Assembly (NCBI GenBank): GCA_964016885.1
Contig: OZ024746.1
Span: 101,556,001-101,620,000 of the forward strand
Origin: Eledone cirrhosa
Taxonomy: Eukaryota
Length of the DNA: 64,000 bases
Direction of reading: 5' to 3'
Part shown: piece after piece, positions 40,891 through 54,127 of the stretch
Layout: each line of letters begins with the position of its first letter
How positions within the stretch are numbered: the first letter of the stretch is position 1
The notes under the pieces: generated by a model
Seen by the model: only the letters and a program-made list of their open reading frames with translations
The model's database searches: none
What the model was told of the DNA's origin: nothing
Program-made: the position numbers and the translations under genes

Positions 40891-42369
40891 TGAAAAGATA
40901 GAGTGATCACAGGACTATATTATCCAATGTATATTTTCTTTTCAAGATGGTAGAATGTGATTTGAGGGAGATTTCACTGAAGCAACTGAAATTATATAAA
41001 ATCCATAATGGAATATATACAAATGTTGAAGTAATTTATGATAAAGCTTCAGAGAAAGTGGAGTGATTACCTTCTCTGATGAAGAATGAAGCATATGAAA
41101 TATTTCCAAATCTTTTGTTAGATAACGCGATACATAGGAGTTTTCCTGATTACAAGATTGATTTTTATTTCAGTTTATGAACTATGAAACTGTACCGTAA
41201 GGAAAATATGAACTTTTCCACCTTAAAATACTCTTTCCTAAATATTATATGCTTTATATATATGTACAAAATACTATGTTTCTCTAATGATATGTTGCTC
41301 TTCCTCTTTCTATATATATCATTGAATTTGAATTATATATATATATATGTATATGTATTAGGTATTAAATTAACAATGAAAATAAAAACAACAAAGTCAA
41401 GTTACTTTACCTATTCATATCATTATTTTACGATTGTTTTGGAGGGTCGATCATATTGACTGATCTATAGCAGTTATATAACTGTATACCATCAGACCTC
41501 ATACATGGGTGTATATAAATATATATATATATATAAAATCCTGACTGCAGCAACAGGTGTGAGCCTCATGAGATGGAATGACTCTTCCAGCCCATCTCCC
41601 TTACCATCCTCCAGGGAAGTGGCGTCTCCAGTCTGTCCGTTGGGGCTGTGGGGCGGCCAGCATGTGGAACCCCTATTTGCTCACTATACAGAGAGATGGG
41701 GAGGGTGAGAGAGATGAGGAGAGCGAGAGAGATGGAGGTGATGATGGTGGGAATTTGGCTCTTCCGTGTTCGGACACATTGCACCTGTCAGATGATGTTT
41801 GTGAGGGTGCTTGGCTATCTTGGCCTTAAGTTCTCTATTCCCCGCAGTAATACAGTGAGTGTTTGGGATTACCCCAACCATTATCACCATCATCATAAGC
41901 AGTTTCAGCTTATGTGTTCAGCAAACCTTTTCAAAGGTGGAGTAATATTTGTAGGGTGCAAAAACATAGGTCATTACTCTTGGTAGTGTTGATGTCAAAT
42001 TTATCACAGTTGTAAGCTGGGCTGGTGGAGAAAGTGTGGGGTGGGGCAGAGAATAGTAAGTGTATTTGGACAAGGGATTAGGAGAAGGAGGTGGTATGAG
42101 TGAGGGTAGGAGTGGAATACAAGGGGAAAGGGTATAATGGTCATAGATGGTGAAGGGTGGAGGTTGAAGGAGTAATTTTAAGAAAATAATAGAATTAACA
42201 ATAAAAAGTGGGTTATATAGAAGTAAATGAGCAAATTGTTAAATAGATTAGTAAATAGGATCAATTGGACAGGCAAGGGATTAGGAGAAGGAAGTAGTGT
42301 GGGTGAGGGTAGGAGTGGAATACAAGGAGAAATATAAGGGTTTAAAAATAGGTAATATATATATATATA

Positions 42370-42870
42370 TCATCATCATCGATTAATGTCTATCTTCCAT
42401 GCTAGCATAGGTTAGACAGGTTCGATTTAGAGGCAAGTAGTGTCAGGTGACCATGTCTCGCTCAAATAGGGGTGTTTCTGGATGGTTTCTACGGCTGGAT
42501 ACACTTCCTAACACCAACCCCATTTACAGTGTGGGCTGGGTGCTTTTTGCCGTGTCTTTTACACGTCCACTTTACAGTGGGGTGTACAGCTTGTGCTCAT
42601 GGGAAGTCGGGTCTTCTGTATAACTGCATATCACCAGAGATCACAGTCATATGTCACCTCCTCTGAGAGGTGTAATTGGGCAAGGTCGGCTTTTATCACC
42701 TCATCCCAGGACTTCTTGGGTCTCCCCACTCTGCTCTGCACATTTTTATGCAGCTGTCATCCTTCATACACAACACATGTCCATACCAACACAATCTCCA
42801 CTCTTGTATACAGCATTTAATTCCTCTTATGCCTAGTTTCTCTCTCAGTTCATTTATGCTTCGCTGTTCT
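42370..42870 (-). mobile_element. RTE-LINE 3' fragment
   Basis: (cat)n tail, UTR and degenerate RT C-terminus homologous to 26330-26615. Confidence 0.85.
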
Positions 42871-43411
42871 CCATTCTCGGATATATATATATTTTCATAT
42901 TACCCACTCTACTACCCCAAGTATCAAGTACTCTGGTGGGTTATGGTCTAGCTTGTTTTTACCACACCCTATCAGATATATATGTATATAAAATGGAAAA
43001 CAAAGAATCAGTGATGCATCGGAACACAATTTATTACATATTACAATTGTTTCTCCGGTGAACAGCTGGAGGTGTGATCTGTTTGTGGACCAAACCTAAC
43101 TCTGGATTCACAAGAGAATTTGCTTCGAAATCACTAGACGTATCTGAGGAACTTGTGAATCCAGAGTCAGGTTTGATCCACAAACAGATCACACCTCCAG
43201 CTGTTCACCGGAGAAACAATTGTAATATGTAATAAATTGTGTTCCGATGCATCACTGATTCTTTGTTTTCCATTTTATATACATATATATCTGATAGGGT
43301 GTGGTAAAAACAAGCTAGACCATAACCCACCAGAGTACTTGATACTTGGGGTAGTAGAGTGGGTAATATGAAAATATATATATATCCGAGAATGGAGAAC
43401 AGCGAAGCATA
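42855..43411. mobile_element. Large fold-back palindrome (260-bp arms, 37-nt spacer) carrying a hammerhead
   Basis: Arms 42855-43114/43152-43411 are near-perfect and are followed by about 365 bp of (TA)n. Confidence 0.9.
43138..43230 (+). ncRNA. Hammerhead motif, CTGAGGA type
   Basis: acgtat-CTGAGGA-..gtgaat...gttcac..-GAAA-caattg-TA-atatgt. Confidence 0.75.
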
Positions 43412-43412
43412 G

Positions 43413-43782
<370 letters not shown>

Positions 43783-43903
43783 AAGTTGGTCCTCATCAGT
43801 GGCCTTTAATGCGACGAAATGCCTACGACGGTTGGAAGGCCACTGATGAGGACAAACTTTTTCATATGTAACTCATTTGCAGCGCCGCAGCTCCATTATT
43901 ATC

Positions 43904-43936
<33 letters not shown>

Positions 43937-43995
43937 TATATACATTTATGCTTCGCCGTTCTCCATTCTCGGATATATATATATTTTCATATTAC

Positions 43996-44039
<44 letters not shown>

Positions 44040-44145
44040 AGTAAGAATATTATAATATATAAAAGGTAAACAGGAATACCAACACAATTGGTACAGTATA
44101 TGGAAGGGATATATTCAGTTAACGCTTGATATAGCAGAAAGAGGG

Positions 44146-44181
44146 TCTTAACGTTTCGGACGCTAGTCCTTCATCAGAAGA
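44146..44181 (-). ncRNA. Minimal hammerhead motif (Penelope-type)
   Basis: tctt-CTGATGA-aggac tagc gtcc-GAAA-cgtt-aaga. Confidence 0.8.
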
Positions 44182-44518
44182 AAGAATGAGAAATAAGATA
44201 GATTGAGGGGACGGGCAGGTTGGAATTGGAAAAAATGTCTTTAGATAAAAATAACAGGTCCATTCATGTTGACATCTCTTGCAAAATTGTTGGTGCTGGC
44301 GTTTTGTGTATGATTTATTTTTTAGAAAAGTGTATTGCGACTGCAACTTTGATTTATACCTATATATATTTATAACCAAAGATTAATATGGTTCATTGAT
44401 TACTCAATGAATATAGTTTTACAATAGATTAAAAGCACTCTACAACGCAATTTTCTGGAGTTATTAATATTATTCAGAATATTAATAAATGAAGATATTC
44501 ACATAATCAAAATATATG

Positions 44519-44580
44519 TTTTATTATATATATTTCGAAGGTACTGTTTTGTTTTTTCAGTACGTCCTCGTCAGATAAAA
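44519..44580 (-). ncRNA. Type I hammerhead motif
   Basis: ttttat-CTGACGA-ggacgtactg..cagtaccttc-GAAA-tatata-TA-ataaaa. Same family as 16006-16072. Flanked by ~27-bp inverted repeats at about 44466 and 44632. Confidence 0.78.
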
Positions 44581-44739
44581 TACATGAATTGATGTATGAC
44601 ATACCTTCATTTATTAATATTCTAAATAATATATATATTTATATATATATATATGCAAAAGTTTTATTTAAAATTGTTGGGTTACAACAAGTAAATATTT
44701 TATAACTGATATAAAGCACTCGACAAGTTTTTGGAGTAG

Positions 44740-45109
44740 ATATACGATATTAAACAAATGGAAACTATATTTATAAAACCATATTTATTTCATTATACAT
44801 ATTTCAGGGATACCATATTAAAAATATGGCATGCCTTCGTCAGATAAAATACAATATATAAACAGTTTTATAAATAATTTTGACGTACCATAATATAAGC
44901 GACCATTAAATTAGGAAGCTGCCTGGGTAGCTTCCTAATTTAATGGTCGCTTATATTATGGTACGTCAAAATTATTTATAAAACTGTTTATATATTGTAT
45001 TTTATCTGACGAAGGCATACCATATTTTTAATATGGTATCCCTGAAATATGTATAATGAAATAAATATGGTTTTATAAATATAGTTTCCATTTGTTTAAT
45101 ATCGTATAT
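44740..45109. mobile_element. Fold-back module with 181-bp arms, each carrying a hammerhead (44786-44851 minus, 44998-45063 plus)
   Basis: Arms 44740-44920/44929-45109, spacer gcctgggt. Motif tattttat-CTGACGA-agg..cct-GAAA-tatgta-TA-atgaaata. Confidence 0.88.
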
Positions 45110-46067
45110 ATATATACGGCTGCTATTTCTAGCACTTTGCGCAACTCATTTTTTCTAAAAAAAAAATTTTTTTACTGTGAATTTAAACACCGAATACGCT
45201 CACTCAGCGAGACAACAGCAGCAGCAACAGCAATATAACAGCAACAGCAATACATCAATACAGCTTCACCAAAGCCAGAGAATTCATTTTTGCAGTACTC
45301 TTCCTGTGAGAAAATCCATTCGGAGGTTGGAAATTTCACGATATACCACAGAACAGAAACCACCTGCATTCATTCTCTGGAACACACTTTCTTTCCTGCT
45401 GTCATGTGATTGCACACCTGTGAACTATATTTTGAACTTTGAGCTCTTCTATTTCTTTTACTTTATTACATTGTATCTTTGGGTGATGGATAGATGGATG
45501 TCCAGTCGTTCTCTGGCCAAGAGCGGTTGGCTACCTTGATATCTATCATTGATTTTTCCAAACATTCTTTTGTCGTAAATTTCATGCCTGTTACAACATT
45601 CTCGCCAACTTGCTACATATTTTCATTTCGATTTTTATACACTAAAATTCTGGCGGGAGGTTATGTAGCGGTTGTCTCCCTTGTTTTGATTGGGATCTAG
45701 ACGGGAAGTGGAACCCTTTCTGCAACTTCCGGTCAGAGCCCTATAAAACTAACAACTTTAAGCTTCCTTTCTCTCTTTGCCTTTTCGGCACCAGGTCAAG
45801 AGTCTTCTCATTTGGCTCTGCCATTAATTTGGCCAACAGGCGCCTGGCCTTAGCCAGGCGCCCTCTGCCAGCCGCGTTTGCCTGGCAATCAAAACGGTAA
45901 CTACTAACTTTGTTTCATTCTAACATCTATCTTTGACATGTCAAGTATTCTATCTACCGTTAATTAAATATTATATACACAAACCATGTCTCGTTTTGTT
46001 ACATTCATACAACCTTAGTATCATTGCTATAGTACTATTGGTTACATTGTTCTTCAATTAAATTCCT

Positions 46068-46477
46068 TTGGCGGTACTCAGTAACAGAGAAGACCCGCCT
46101 TGCCAGTAGGCATCTCTAACAAAATACACTCCGTCCCGCCACCACCCCCACCCCATCCACACCACCCCGTTCTATGTAAAGTTATGTTGGTGCCGCGCCA
46201 TCCAGGCCGAAACAAATGAGATCGTGTAGGTGTCACGACAAAAAAACACACAGTCCACGCTGTAATGTGGCCGTGTAGGCAACACGGTAAAAACCTCCCA
46301 GACCCACACTGTAAATGTGGTTGGTGTTAGGAAGGGCATCCAACTGTAGAAAACCTGCCAGACAGTCCTATGCGAGCAAGACAATCACTCTTGCCTCAAG
46401 TGGGACTACCCCCGTCCAAACCCATGCAAGCATGGAACACGGACGTTAAACGTTGATGATGATGATGATGATGATGA
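46068..46477 (+). mobile_element. RTE-LINE 3' end
   Basis: Highly similar to 11905-12462, with a (GAT)n tail. Confidence 0.9.
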
Positions 46478-46701
46478 TATATATTCTTTTCAAATCTTAT
46501 ATCCATAACATAAATATTTCATCAGATGAGCGTATTGGACATTTCTGTTAGGACCATCTAGTTTGGTAATGGAATAATTATATTGTGTTGTTTATGTAAT
46601 TAAATAGCTCTGTACAATACATAGAGCACTCTTCTTTCCTTTATCTTTTCTATGGAAATACTTAACATACACACATACACATATATATATATATATATAT
46701 C

Positions 46702-46910
46702 ACCTTGATCACCTTGACCGACCAGTCTGTCGGGCGGCAATCGGCGCAGCTGGTCACAGCACGTCGTGCTGTTTTAGCCATAAGATAACGCCATCCCACT
46801 GGCTAGGCGGGCAGGCCGGTACTCATTTCTACAGCTGAGTAAACTGGAGCAACGTGAAATAAAGTGTCTTGCTCAAGGAAACAACACATCACCCGGTCCG
46901 AGAATTGAAC
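46702..46910 (-). mobile_element. SINE family 1 variant with a different 3' tail
   Basis: ctcatttctacagctgagtaaactggagcaacgtgaaataaagtgtcttgctcaagg is the reverse complement of the family 1 core. Confidence 0.8.
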
Positions 46911-46932
46911 ATATATATATATATATATATAA

Positions 46933-47316
46933 TGTAGGAGGTGACTTTTATTGTAGCACAATAAAGCAATACAAATATCGGATAAGTAGCACTCAACAGT
47001 TTATAGGACTGGAGTATACATAATATAAAATTAAAAGATGGTTAAAAGAGTTCCATGTATTTTATTATGCGCATTTCAAAAACAAATATCATCATGGGAT
47101 GATATTTGCGTTCTCGTTAGATAAAATAGGGAGTCATGATATGAAGCTTAAAAAACACTTGTGAGCAGTGAAGTGTTAAATCAACATATGTGTTTTTTAA
47201 GCTTCATATCATGTCTCCCTATTTTATCTGATGAGAACGCAAATATCATCCCATGATAATATTTGTTTTTGAAATGCGCATAATAAAATACATGGAACTC
47301 TTTTAACCATCTTTTG

Positions 47317-47325
<9 letters not shown>
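46933..47325. mobile_element. Fold-back hammerhead module, copy B (plus-strand HHR 47220-47290 intact; minus-strand 47058-47128 has core CTAACGA)
   Basis: Colinear with 16213-16605 (offset 30720). Arms 47023-47163/47185-47325. Confidence 0.85.
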
Positions 47326-47396
<71 letters not shown>

Positions 47397-47398
47397 CA

Positions 47399-47722
47399 CA
47401 TGGCTTAGTGGTTAGAGCATTGGCTTTGCAATGGAAAGGTTGTGAGTTCAATTCTCAGACCGGGTGATGTGTTGTTTCCTTGAGCAAGACACTTTATTTC
47501 ACATTGCTCCAGTTTACTCAGCTGTAGAAATGAGATGATAGGGACTGGAGTCCATATCATTCCAATGTAAAGTGGTCGTGGAGGTGCCACGGCAAAAAAG
47601 CACCCAGCACTCACTGTAAATGAGGTTGGTGTTAGGAAGGGCATCCAGCTGTAGAAATCAAGCCAGATTCAGTTCCCGTCCCACCCTTGCAAGCAGGGAA
47701 AAAGTGGACGTAAAATGATGAA
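47399..47722 (+). mobile_element. SINE family 1 head joined to an RTE-type 3' UTR
   Basis: A/B boxes and core to about 47535, then gttggtgttaggaagggcatccagctgtagaaa...ggacgtaaaatgatg. Confidence 0.7.
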
Positions 47723-47734
47723 ATATAATTAAAA

Positions 47735-47984
47735 GTTTAACAAGGTTCAATGAATTCATCAATGAATAAAGTTTCACAATAGATTAGAAGCACTCTACAG
47801 CAAGGTTTTCTGGAGTTATTAATATTACTTCAAAATATTAATAAATATAGACATTCATGTGATCAAATATATTTTATTATACATATTTCAGAGATACTGT
47901 TGAAATAGCTCAGTATCTCTGAAATATGTATATTAAAATATATTTGATCACATGAATGTCTATATTTATTAATATTTTGAAGTA

Positions 47985-47988
<4 letters not shown>
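47735..47988. mobile_element. Fold-back module with 78-bp arms centred on hammerhead stem II
   Basis: Arms 47822-47899/47911-47988. The right arm has GAAA-tatgta-TA but no CTGATGA. The tail is homologous to 44388-44460 and to the reverse complement of 16136-16200. Confidence 0.8.
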
Positions 47989-48031
<43 letters not shown>

Positions 48032-48444
48032 GTAATAAAGTTTACAAAAAGCTGCAATTCTTATTGTCACTTTATCTTTGGTGTTACTAACTTGACAACA
48101 TGCCTCTGGCCACATTCATTGTCACTATTACCTAACTTCTTGTGTCCACTCTGAAGAGAAATTTATTAATTACTCCTCATTGAGTGCTTCATGTCAGTCT
48201 TTGATGATCAAAGTTAATCTGCTACTTCGATTATACTTATTACTATTATATATACAATAATAATGAAATTATTGTCTACAGTGCTCAGGTGCACTACAAC
48301 ATGTCTGTCTAATCCATGCAAGCATGGAAAATAGATGCTAAACAATGATGATGATGATGAAGATGATGATATATCATCATTATCATCATCATTTAATGTC
48401 CATCTTCCATGCTAGCATGGTATATATATATATATCATCCTTGA

Positions 48445-48930
48445 AGACCAGAGAAAATTGTGATGTTGGTGGGGAGAAGTGTATCCGAGATGATAATGGT
48501 GTACTTGCCCTCACTGAGGCTGAACAGAAGGTAACATGGACGTGTCACTATGAAAGACTACTAAATAAGGAGAATGAATGGGATAAAGATAGTTTGCCAC
48601 AAGTTGACCCAACAGAGGGACAAGCTGTACAAGTCAGCAGTAGTATAGTATGTAAAGCAATCAAAGATAATTAGACAGGAAAGGGAGCTGGAAAGTTGCT
48701 GAGATACTGAAAGCATCTGGGATGTTGGAACACACCATGGTCACACATATTGTAAACCAAGTAATACAAAATGGTGTCATACCCAATGATTGGTGTAGCA
48801 GCATTATTGTCAGCTCTACTAGGGCAAAGAAGACATGTAGGTGTCATGACAAAAAGCACCCAGTCAACACTGTCAATATGATTGGTGTTAGGAAGGGTAT
48901 CCAGCCGTAGAAACCTGCCAGAATCAGTTC
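48445..48930 (+). mobile_element. Internally deleted RTE-LINE fragment
   Basis: GEKCIRDDNGVLAL...HYERLLNKENEW, paralogous to 27650-28060, fused to the 3' UTR. Confidence 0.85.
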
Positions 48931-49033
48931 ATCAGATAGAGATGTTATATCATCCTGTCTGATGAATGATCCAGATGTATATTAATATTGTCTAGCACTC
49001 TTTTTTCCTTTGCTTTTTCTTCGGAATTACCTA

Positions 49034-49119
<86 letters not shown>

Positions 49120-49138
49120 ATCACAACATGTGAAGGTG

Positions 49139-49465
49139 CATGGCTTCGTGGTTAGAGCATTGAGCTTGCAATCGGAAGGTTGTGAGTTCGATTCTCGGAT
49201 CAGGCTTTGCATTGTGTTCTGGAGCAAGACACTTTATTTCACATTACTCCAGTTTACTCAGCTGTAGAAATGAGTTGTGACATCACTGGTGTCAAGCTAT
49301 ATCACCCATTGCCTTTCCCTTGGACAACATCGGTGGCATGGAAAGGGGAGGCTGGTATGCATGAGCGACTACTGGTCTTCCACAAACAAGCTTGCCTGGA
49401 CTTGAGCCTCGGAAGGGAACTTTCTAGGTGCAAATCCCCTGGTCATTCGAGACTGAAGGGGTTCT
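49139..49465 (+). mobile_element. tRNA-derived SINE, family 1
   Basis: Colinear with 2408-2735. Confidence 0.87.
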
Positions 49466-49949
49466 TTAAAAAAAAAATCCCAATCCAGTTTATCTTCTGC
49501 AGACACAAGAACTGGTATATATGCTGGAATTCACTAATCATTATCTCAGTGCTAATTTCTCAAACATCATTATGTTGGCATTATTCCCTCCAATCAACAA
49601 CAGTCCAAATTGGAAATCAATAAATTTGCTCTTATTTCAGATATTCCACCCATTTTAAATCAATGAGCAGCTTTTCTACTTAGGTGCCATGAAGAAGATG
49701 TCTCCCAAGAACTGCATTATTTGCTTACATACATGGGAATGTGCACAAGTGTATTAAGTTGCAAATATACAAGAGAATGTACCGGTATATATTTGTGCAT
49801 GCATATGTATGTGTGTATGTGTATTTTTTTCTTTCATTGACTTCTTTCCTCTCACACCATCATTGCCACAGACCAATCAAAACACTGCAGCACAAATATG
49901 ATGTAACTACTAACTTAATCTCTATCACAATAAACATTACTTCTCCTAC

Positions 49950-50539
49950 TACAGTTGTTAGGGGTCTGGTGTAGTTCTGTATGGCAAATAGAATACAAAG
50001 TTGGAGCATTCCTAAAGATGAATATGAACCCACCAGCCTCCGCTGTTCGACTACACAAACACTCTTCACTATTTCAGACATCTTTCATACTCTCTCACTC
50101 TTCCAGTGAACTCCATAACTTCAGAGCTGGTACCACCAATGTAGGCACAATGAAAGGCAGACTTAGAGAGTTTGTACAATTGGTTGGTCAAAAGAAAGTT
50201 GATGTACAAGAGACTAGATGGAGGGGAGGGTCAGCTAGATTTCTTGTGGGCAAAAAGCGATACTACAAATTTTTCTGTGTGGAAAATGATGACAGGCTGG
50301 GTGGAGTAGGAATTATGTTAGCAGAAAAATGGGTAGATAAGGTAATTGCTGTAAACAGAATGAACGACAGAATCGTTAAAATCAGACTAGTTCTAAATAG
50401 AACAACCATGTCAATTATTATATATATTTGCACATCAGTCTGATCTACCAGATGTTATAAAAGACAGGTTCTATGAGTCCCTAATGCTCACTACTTCCCA
50501 AATAACCGACAGTGACTATATAATCATTGCTGGTGATCT
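49950..50539 (+). mobile_element. RTE-LINE 5' part (AP endonuclease), interrupted by the gypsy LTR
   Basis: GTTNVGTMKGR, VQETRW and GGVGIML. IIAGD lies immediately before the LTR. Confidence 0.85.
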
Positions 50540-51208
50540 TATAACGGCGGCAAAGATTCGAAACCGAATCTGAGCTTTCCTGCCTCTGGGACAAGCCGTG
50601 GTAACTTGTTTACGCTCAAGAGACTAACCCCTTGGGAGAGGCTAAACACAGGTCAGAGGTGTTTATGCCTGACAGAAAATAGGTCAGAGGATATATCCAT
50701 CTTTCTGACTTGTTTGCGCTTGGCAAACTAATCCCTTGGGAGACTAACCAAAGTTCAGAGGATATATCTATCCTTCTAACTTCAACTCTTATAAATACAG
50801 GGATTGTTTACGCCTCGAATAGAAAAGAAGTGATATACAGACAAGACAAGTCGCATTTACAAGCTCTCGTCACGAAAAACCAGTCTGCCACTTATTCTCA
50901 CCTTCCTGGCTGATCGCTGACTCCTGCAATACAAATAAGTAAATATACTGATACGCCACACACACGCATTCATAGTGAGTCCAGCATTTGTACACGCACA
51001 ATTCATTTCTGTTTACACATATTATAATCGTATTCTGTGATACTTGAATTTATGTGGCTCGAAGAGCCACCAAATTATTGAATATTGTTATAATAAAATA
51101 AACTTTGTAACACAATCCTGGTATTTTTCTTTACACCGAAACCACCATACCAACAGTTACATCCATCCATCCACTTATCGTTACAACCACACATAATATT
51201 CCGTTACA
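50540..51208 (+). repeat. 5' LTR of a Ty3/gypsy element
   Basis: Termini t(a/g)taacgg...ccgttaca, TATA box at about 50790, AATAAA at about 51092, followed by the PBS. Confidence 0.8.
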
Positions 51209-51210
51209 AC

Positions 51211-51221
51211 TGGTGACCCCG
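51211..51221 (+). promoter_or_regulatory. Primer-binding site (tRNA-Trp type)
   Basis: tggtgaccccg, 2 nt after the LTR end, complementary to the tRNA-Trp 3' end. Confidence 0.8.
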
Positions 51222-51261
51222 TAAAAGAGACACACAACCTTCTGATCATCCACTACAAGCG

Positions 51262-53450
51262 ATGTCTCTAGCACACAACGATTCATCTACGGCAGAAATA
51301 GCAGTCAGGGCGACATTAAGGATTCCACCATTCTGGGTGCACGATCCAACACTGTGGTTCGCGCACATCGAAGCTTTCAAGCAACTCTTCCTCCAGCGTT
51401 TACCTTCTGCCACACAAGTTGTACTAGCATCCACCAGGGAGTCCACCACCATAAAAGAACTCGCCGAGCTGGCAGATAAGATGATGGAGGTACCACATCC
51501 GTACTCAAAAATAGCGAATGTGACGCCAGCCGTGCCTTCCACCAATCCTTTCCTTCAGCCCTCCAGTGCCACAGAGATGCCCGATCTACACCAGTTACTG
51601 GCACAGCAAGCAACACAGATACAGGCCTTGACGCAACAAATTCCGGCCTTGTCACTGGGCAACCCTGCCACGCATCGGTCCAACAGTCGAACTCGCCGAT
51701 TTGGTGGTCGCTCAAGAAGTCCGAGCGCATCTCGGGATTCACCAGAAATGTGTTGATACCACCAAAGATTCGGGAGACGAGCGCAAAAGTGCAGCCATCC
51801 CTGTTCATTTGTTTCGAAAACAAATCAGGGAAACGACACAGCCAGAAACTGAATGCGACAGACGTTTCTGGCTCTCATAATCAAAGTCGCCTATTTTTTA
51901 TTCAGGATCGCGTCACAGGTACGCGTTTCCTGGTCGACACCGGTGCTGAAGTGAGCATCATCCCGGTTTCCTGCGTTCCTGGAAAAAGGAGAGAGACACC
52001 AGCCTGGCTCCAGGCGGTGAATCACTCACATATTCCGACCTACGACACTAAATTTGGGACTACGCCGCACTTTCCAGTGGGTATTCGTTGTTGCTAAGGT
52101 GCCGACCCCTAGTTTAGGAGCTGATTTTCTTCAGCACTTCTCGCTTCTAGTGGATCTGAAAAACCAACGACTCGTTGACAACTCCACTGGACTCACTGTG
52201 CGCGGCATAGCCGCTAGGACAGCCACAGTCAGTCCAGTCATTTCACGATCGACAACAAGAACCCGGCACAACCACATCATCAACAAATACCCAGACGTAG
52301 CTCGACCACTATTCAATGCTTGCCCTGTAAAACATGACGTCACACACCACATAAAAACACACGGCCCACCTGTCGCTGCACGACCTAGAAGGCTACCACC
52401 AGACCGGCTGAAGTCCGTCAAACAAGAATTTCAGCACATGCTGGATCTCGGCATCATACATCTGTCCAGCAGCAACTGGTCCTCACCCATACACTGTGTA
52501 TCCAAGAAGTCGTCGAACGACTGGCGAATCTGTGGCGACTACCGTGCACTGAACAACTGCACCGTTCCTGATTCTTATCCAGTGCCTCATCTACAGGACT
52601 TCTCTAGCTCGCTGCACGGGGCTCGCATATTTTCGAAGATCGATCTTGTGCGAGCTTACAATCAGATACCCGTTGAGACCGCAGATATTCCAAAGACCGC
52701 AGTCACAACACCCTTTGGAATGTTTGAATTTCTGCGTATGCCTTTCGGTTTGCGAAATGCAGCGCAGACATTCCAGCGATTCATCGATACAGTCACCAGA
52801 GGTCTACCTTTTGTATATGCATACATTGACGACTTATTGGTGGCCAGCAGCTCCGATGAAGAACATGAGAAACACCTGGATCTCCTATTCACACGTTTGC
52901 GTGAATACAAAATTGTTATCAACCCCAGCAAATGTGAGTTCGGAGTTGCGTCCCTTCATTTTCTGGGACACATCATTGACAAAGATGGTATTCGCCCACT
53001 TAAGGAGAAAGTCAAATCCATCATTGATTTTCCACAACCTACATCTCTCTGCAAACTGCGAGAATTTCTTGGCCTGGTAAACTTCTACAGAAGATTTATA
53101 CCCCACTGTGCAGAGACATCCCAACCACTCACAGATTTGATGCGGTAGCGTACAACCAAAAACGCAAACATCAAGCTCAGCGAAAAAGAATGTACTGCTT
53201 TCACTGAGTTGAAGAAAATGTTGTCCGAGGCTACAACGCTGAGTTACCCCAAACCTGACGCCCCAATGTGTTTATTGACTGATGCATCTGATTTCGGAGT
53301 TGGAGGTGTGCTTCAACAACTCTCTGGCGATATTTGGCGACCTGTATCTTTTTTCTCTAAGCGATTAAAACCCGCCGAAACTAAGTACAGCACATTCAGT
53401 TGTGAATTATTGGCAGCATACCTTGCTGTCAAACATTTTCGATCAGGAGG
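51262..53450 (+). pseudogene. Ty3/gypsy gag-pol remnant (Gag, protease, RT, partial RNase H; no integrase or 3' LTR)
   Basis: LRIPPFW (Gag), FLVDTGAEVS (protease), [24 protein letters not shown] (RT) and TDASD (RNase H). Contains stops and frameshifts and is truncated after AVKHFR. Confidence 0.95.
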
Positions 53451-53779
53451 TTGACCAATGTCTTCAGCTGCTCCACACAGTAAAGCAGTGTTTCAGTGTA
53501 AATTAGGAGGTCATAAGTTCAGAATGACACTGGTGAACATCACCAACAAGTAAACAAGAAAGAGGTTTGGAGAAGTTACTATGAGAGGTTACTGAATATG
53601 GGGAATGAACGGAAGGAAACAGACCCAACGGAGGAACCAGCTATCAAATTTGATAGTTAATATGATAAAAAAAAAAGCATCCAGAAAATGAAAAGAGAAA
53701 ACCTAGAGGATTATTAAGATAGTCACACAGTTGCTAGTCTTTTATACAGTCAACCAGATGATAATGGCACAACTAATGA

Positions 53780-53880
53780 CTATCATAGTATTATAATTAT
53801 GAATTGTTATAAAGGAAGAGGTGATGCTCTTGAAAGGAACAACTACAACAGTATTAAACTGGTAGATCAAGTGTTGTGTA
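53780..53880 (+). mobile_element. Degenerate RTE RT fragment
   Basis: YKGRGDALERNNYNSIKLVDQV resembles the RTE 'KGKGD...NYRGIKL' motif. Confidence 0.65.
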
Positions 53881-54127
53881 ATGAGTGTTATCTAACAAGT
53901 GCTGTGTAATTATTGACAGCCAATCATATCACAATCACGTGTTTTATGTGTGCTTGTGTTTTTTTGGCCTATATATTATGCTTCAGCTAAACGGGGTGAC
54001 GGGGGGGGGGGGGGGGGGGTACACTATTTTATTCAACAGGTTTGAAGTTCACTCTGGCAGTTTGAGAACACAATTCTTTCTGTTGCCACGGAATTACATT
54101 CAGTGTTATTATTATTACATCCTTGCT

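Noticed and set aside
41070-41110. CTGATGA...GAAA hammerhead candidate (also about 46510 and about 48150)
   Set aside because: No convincing stems I/III. These may be decayed copies.
45480-45540. DIRS tyrosine-recombinase-like 'DRWMSS' peptide
   Set aside because: The other catalytic motifs are absent and the match is too weak.
49480-49740. Protein-like unique sequence
   Set aside because: The minus frames have stops, and no donor/acceptor pair or recognisable motif was found.
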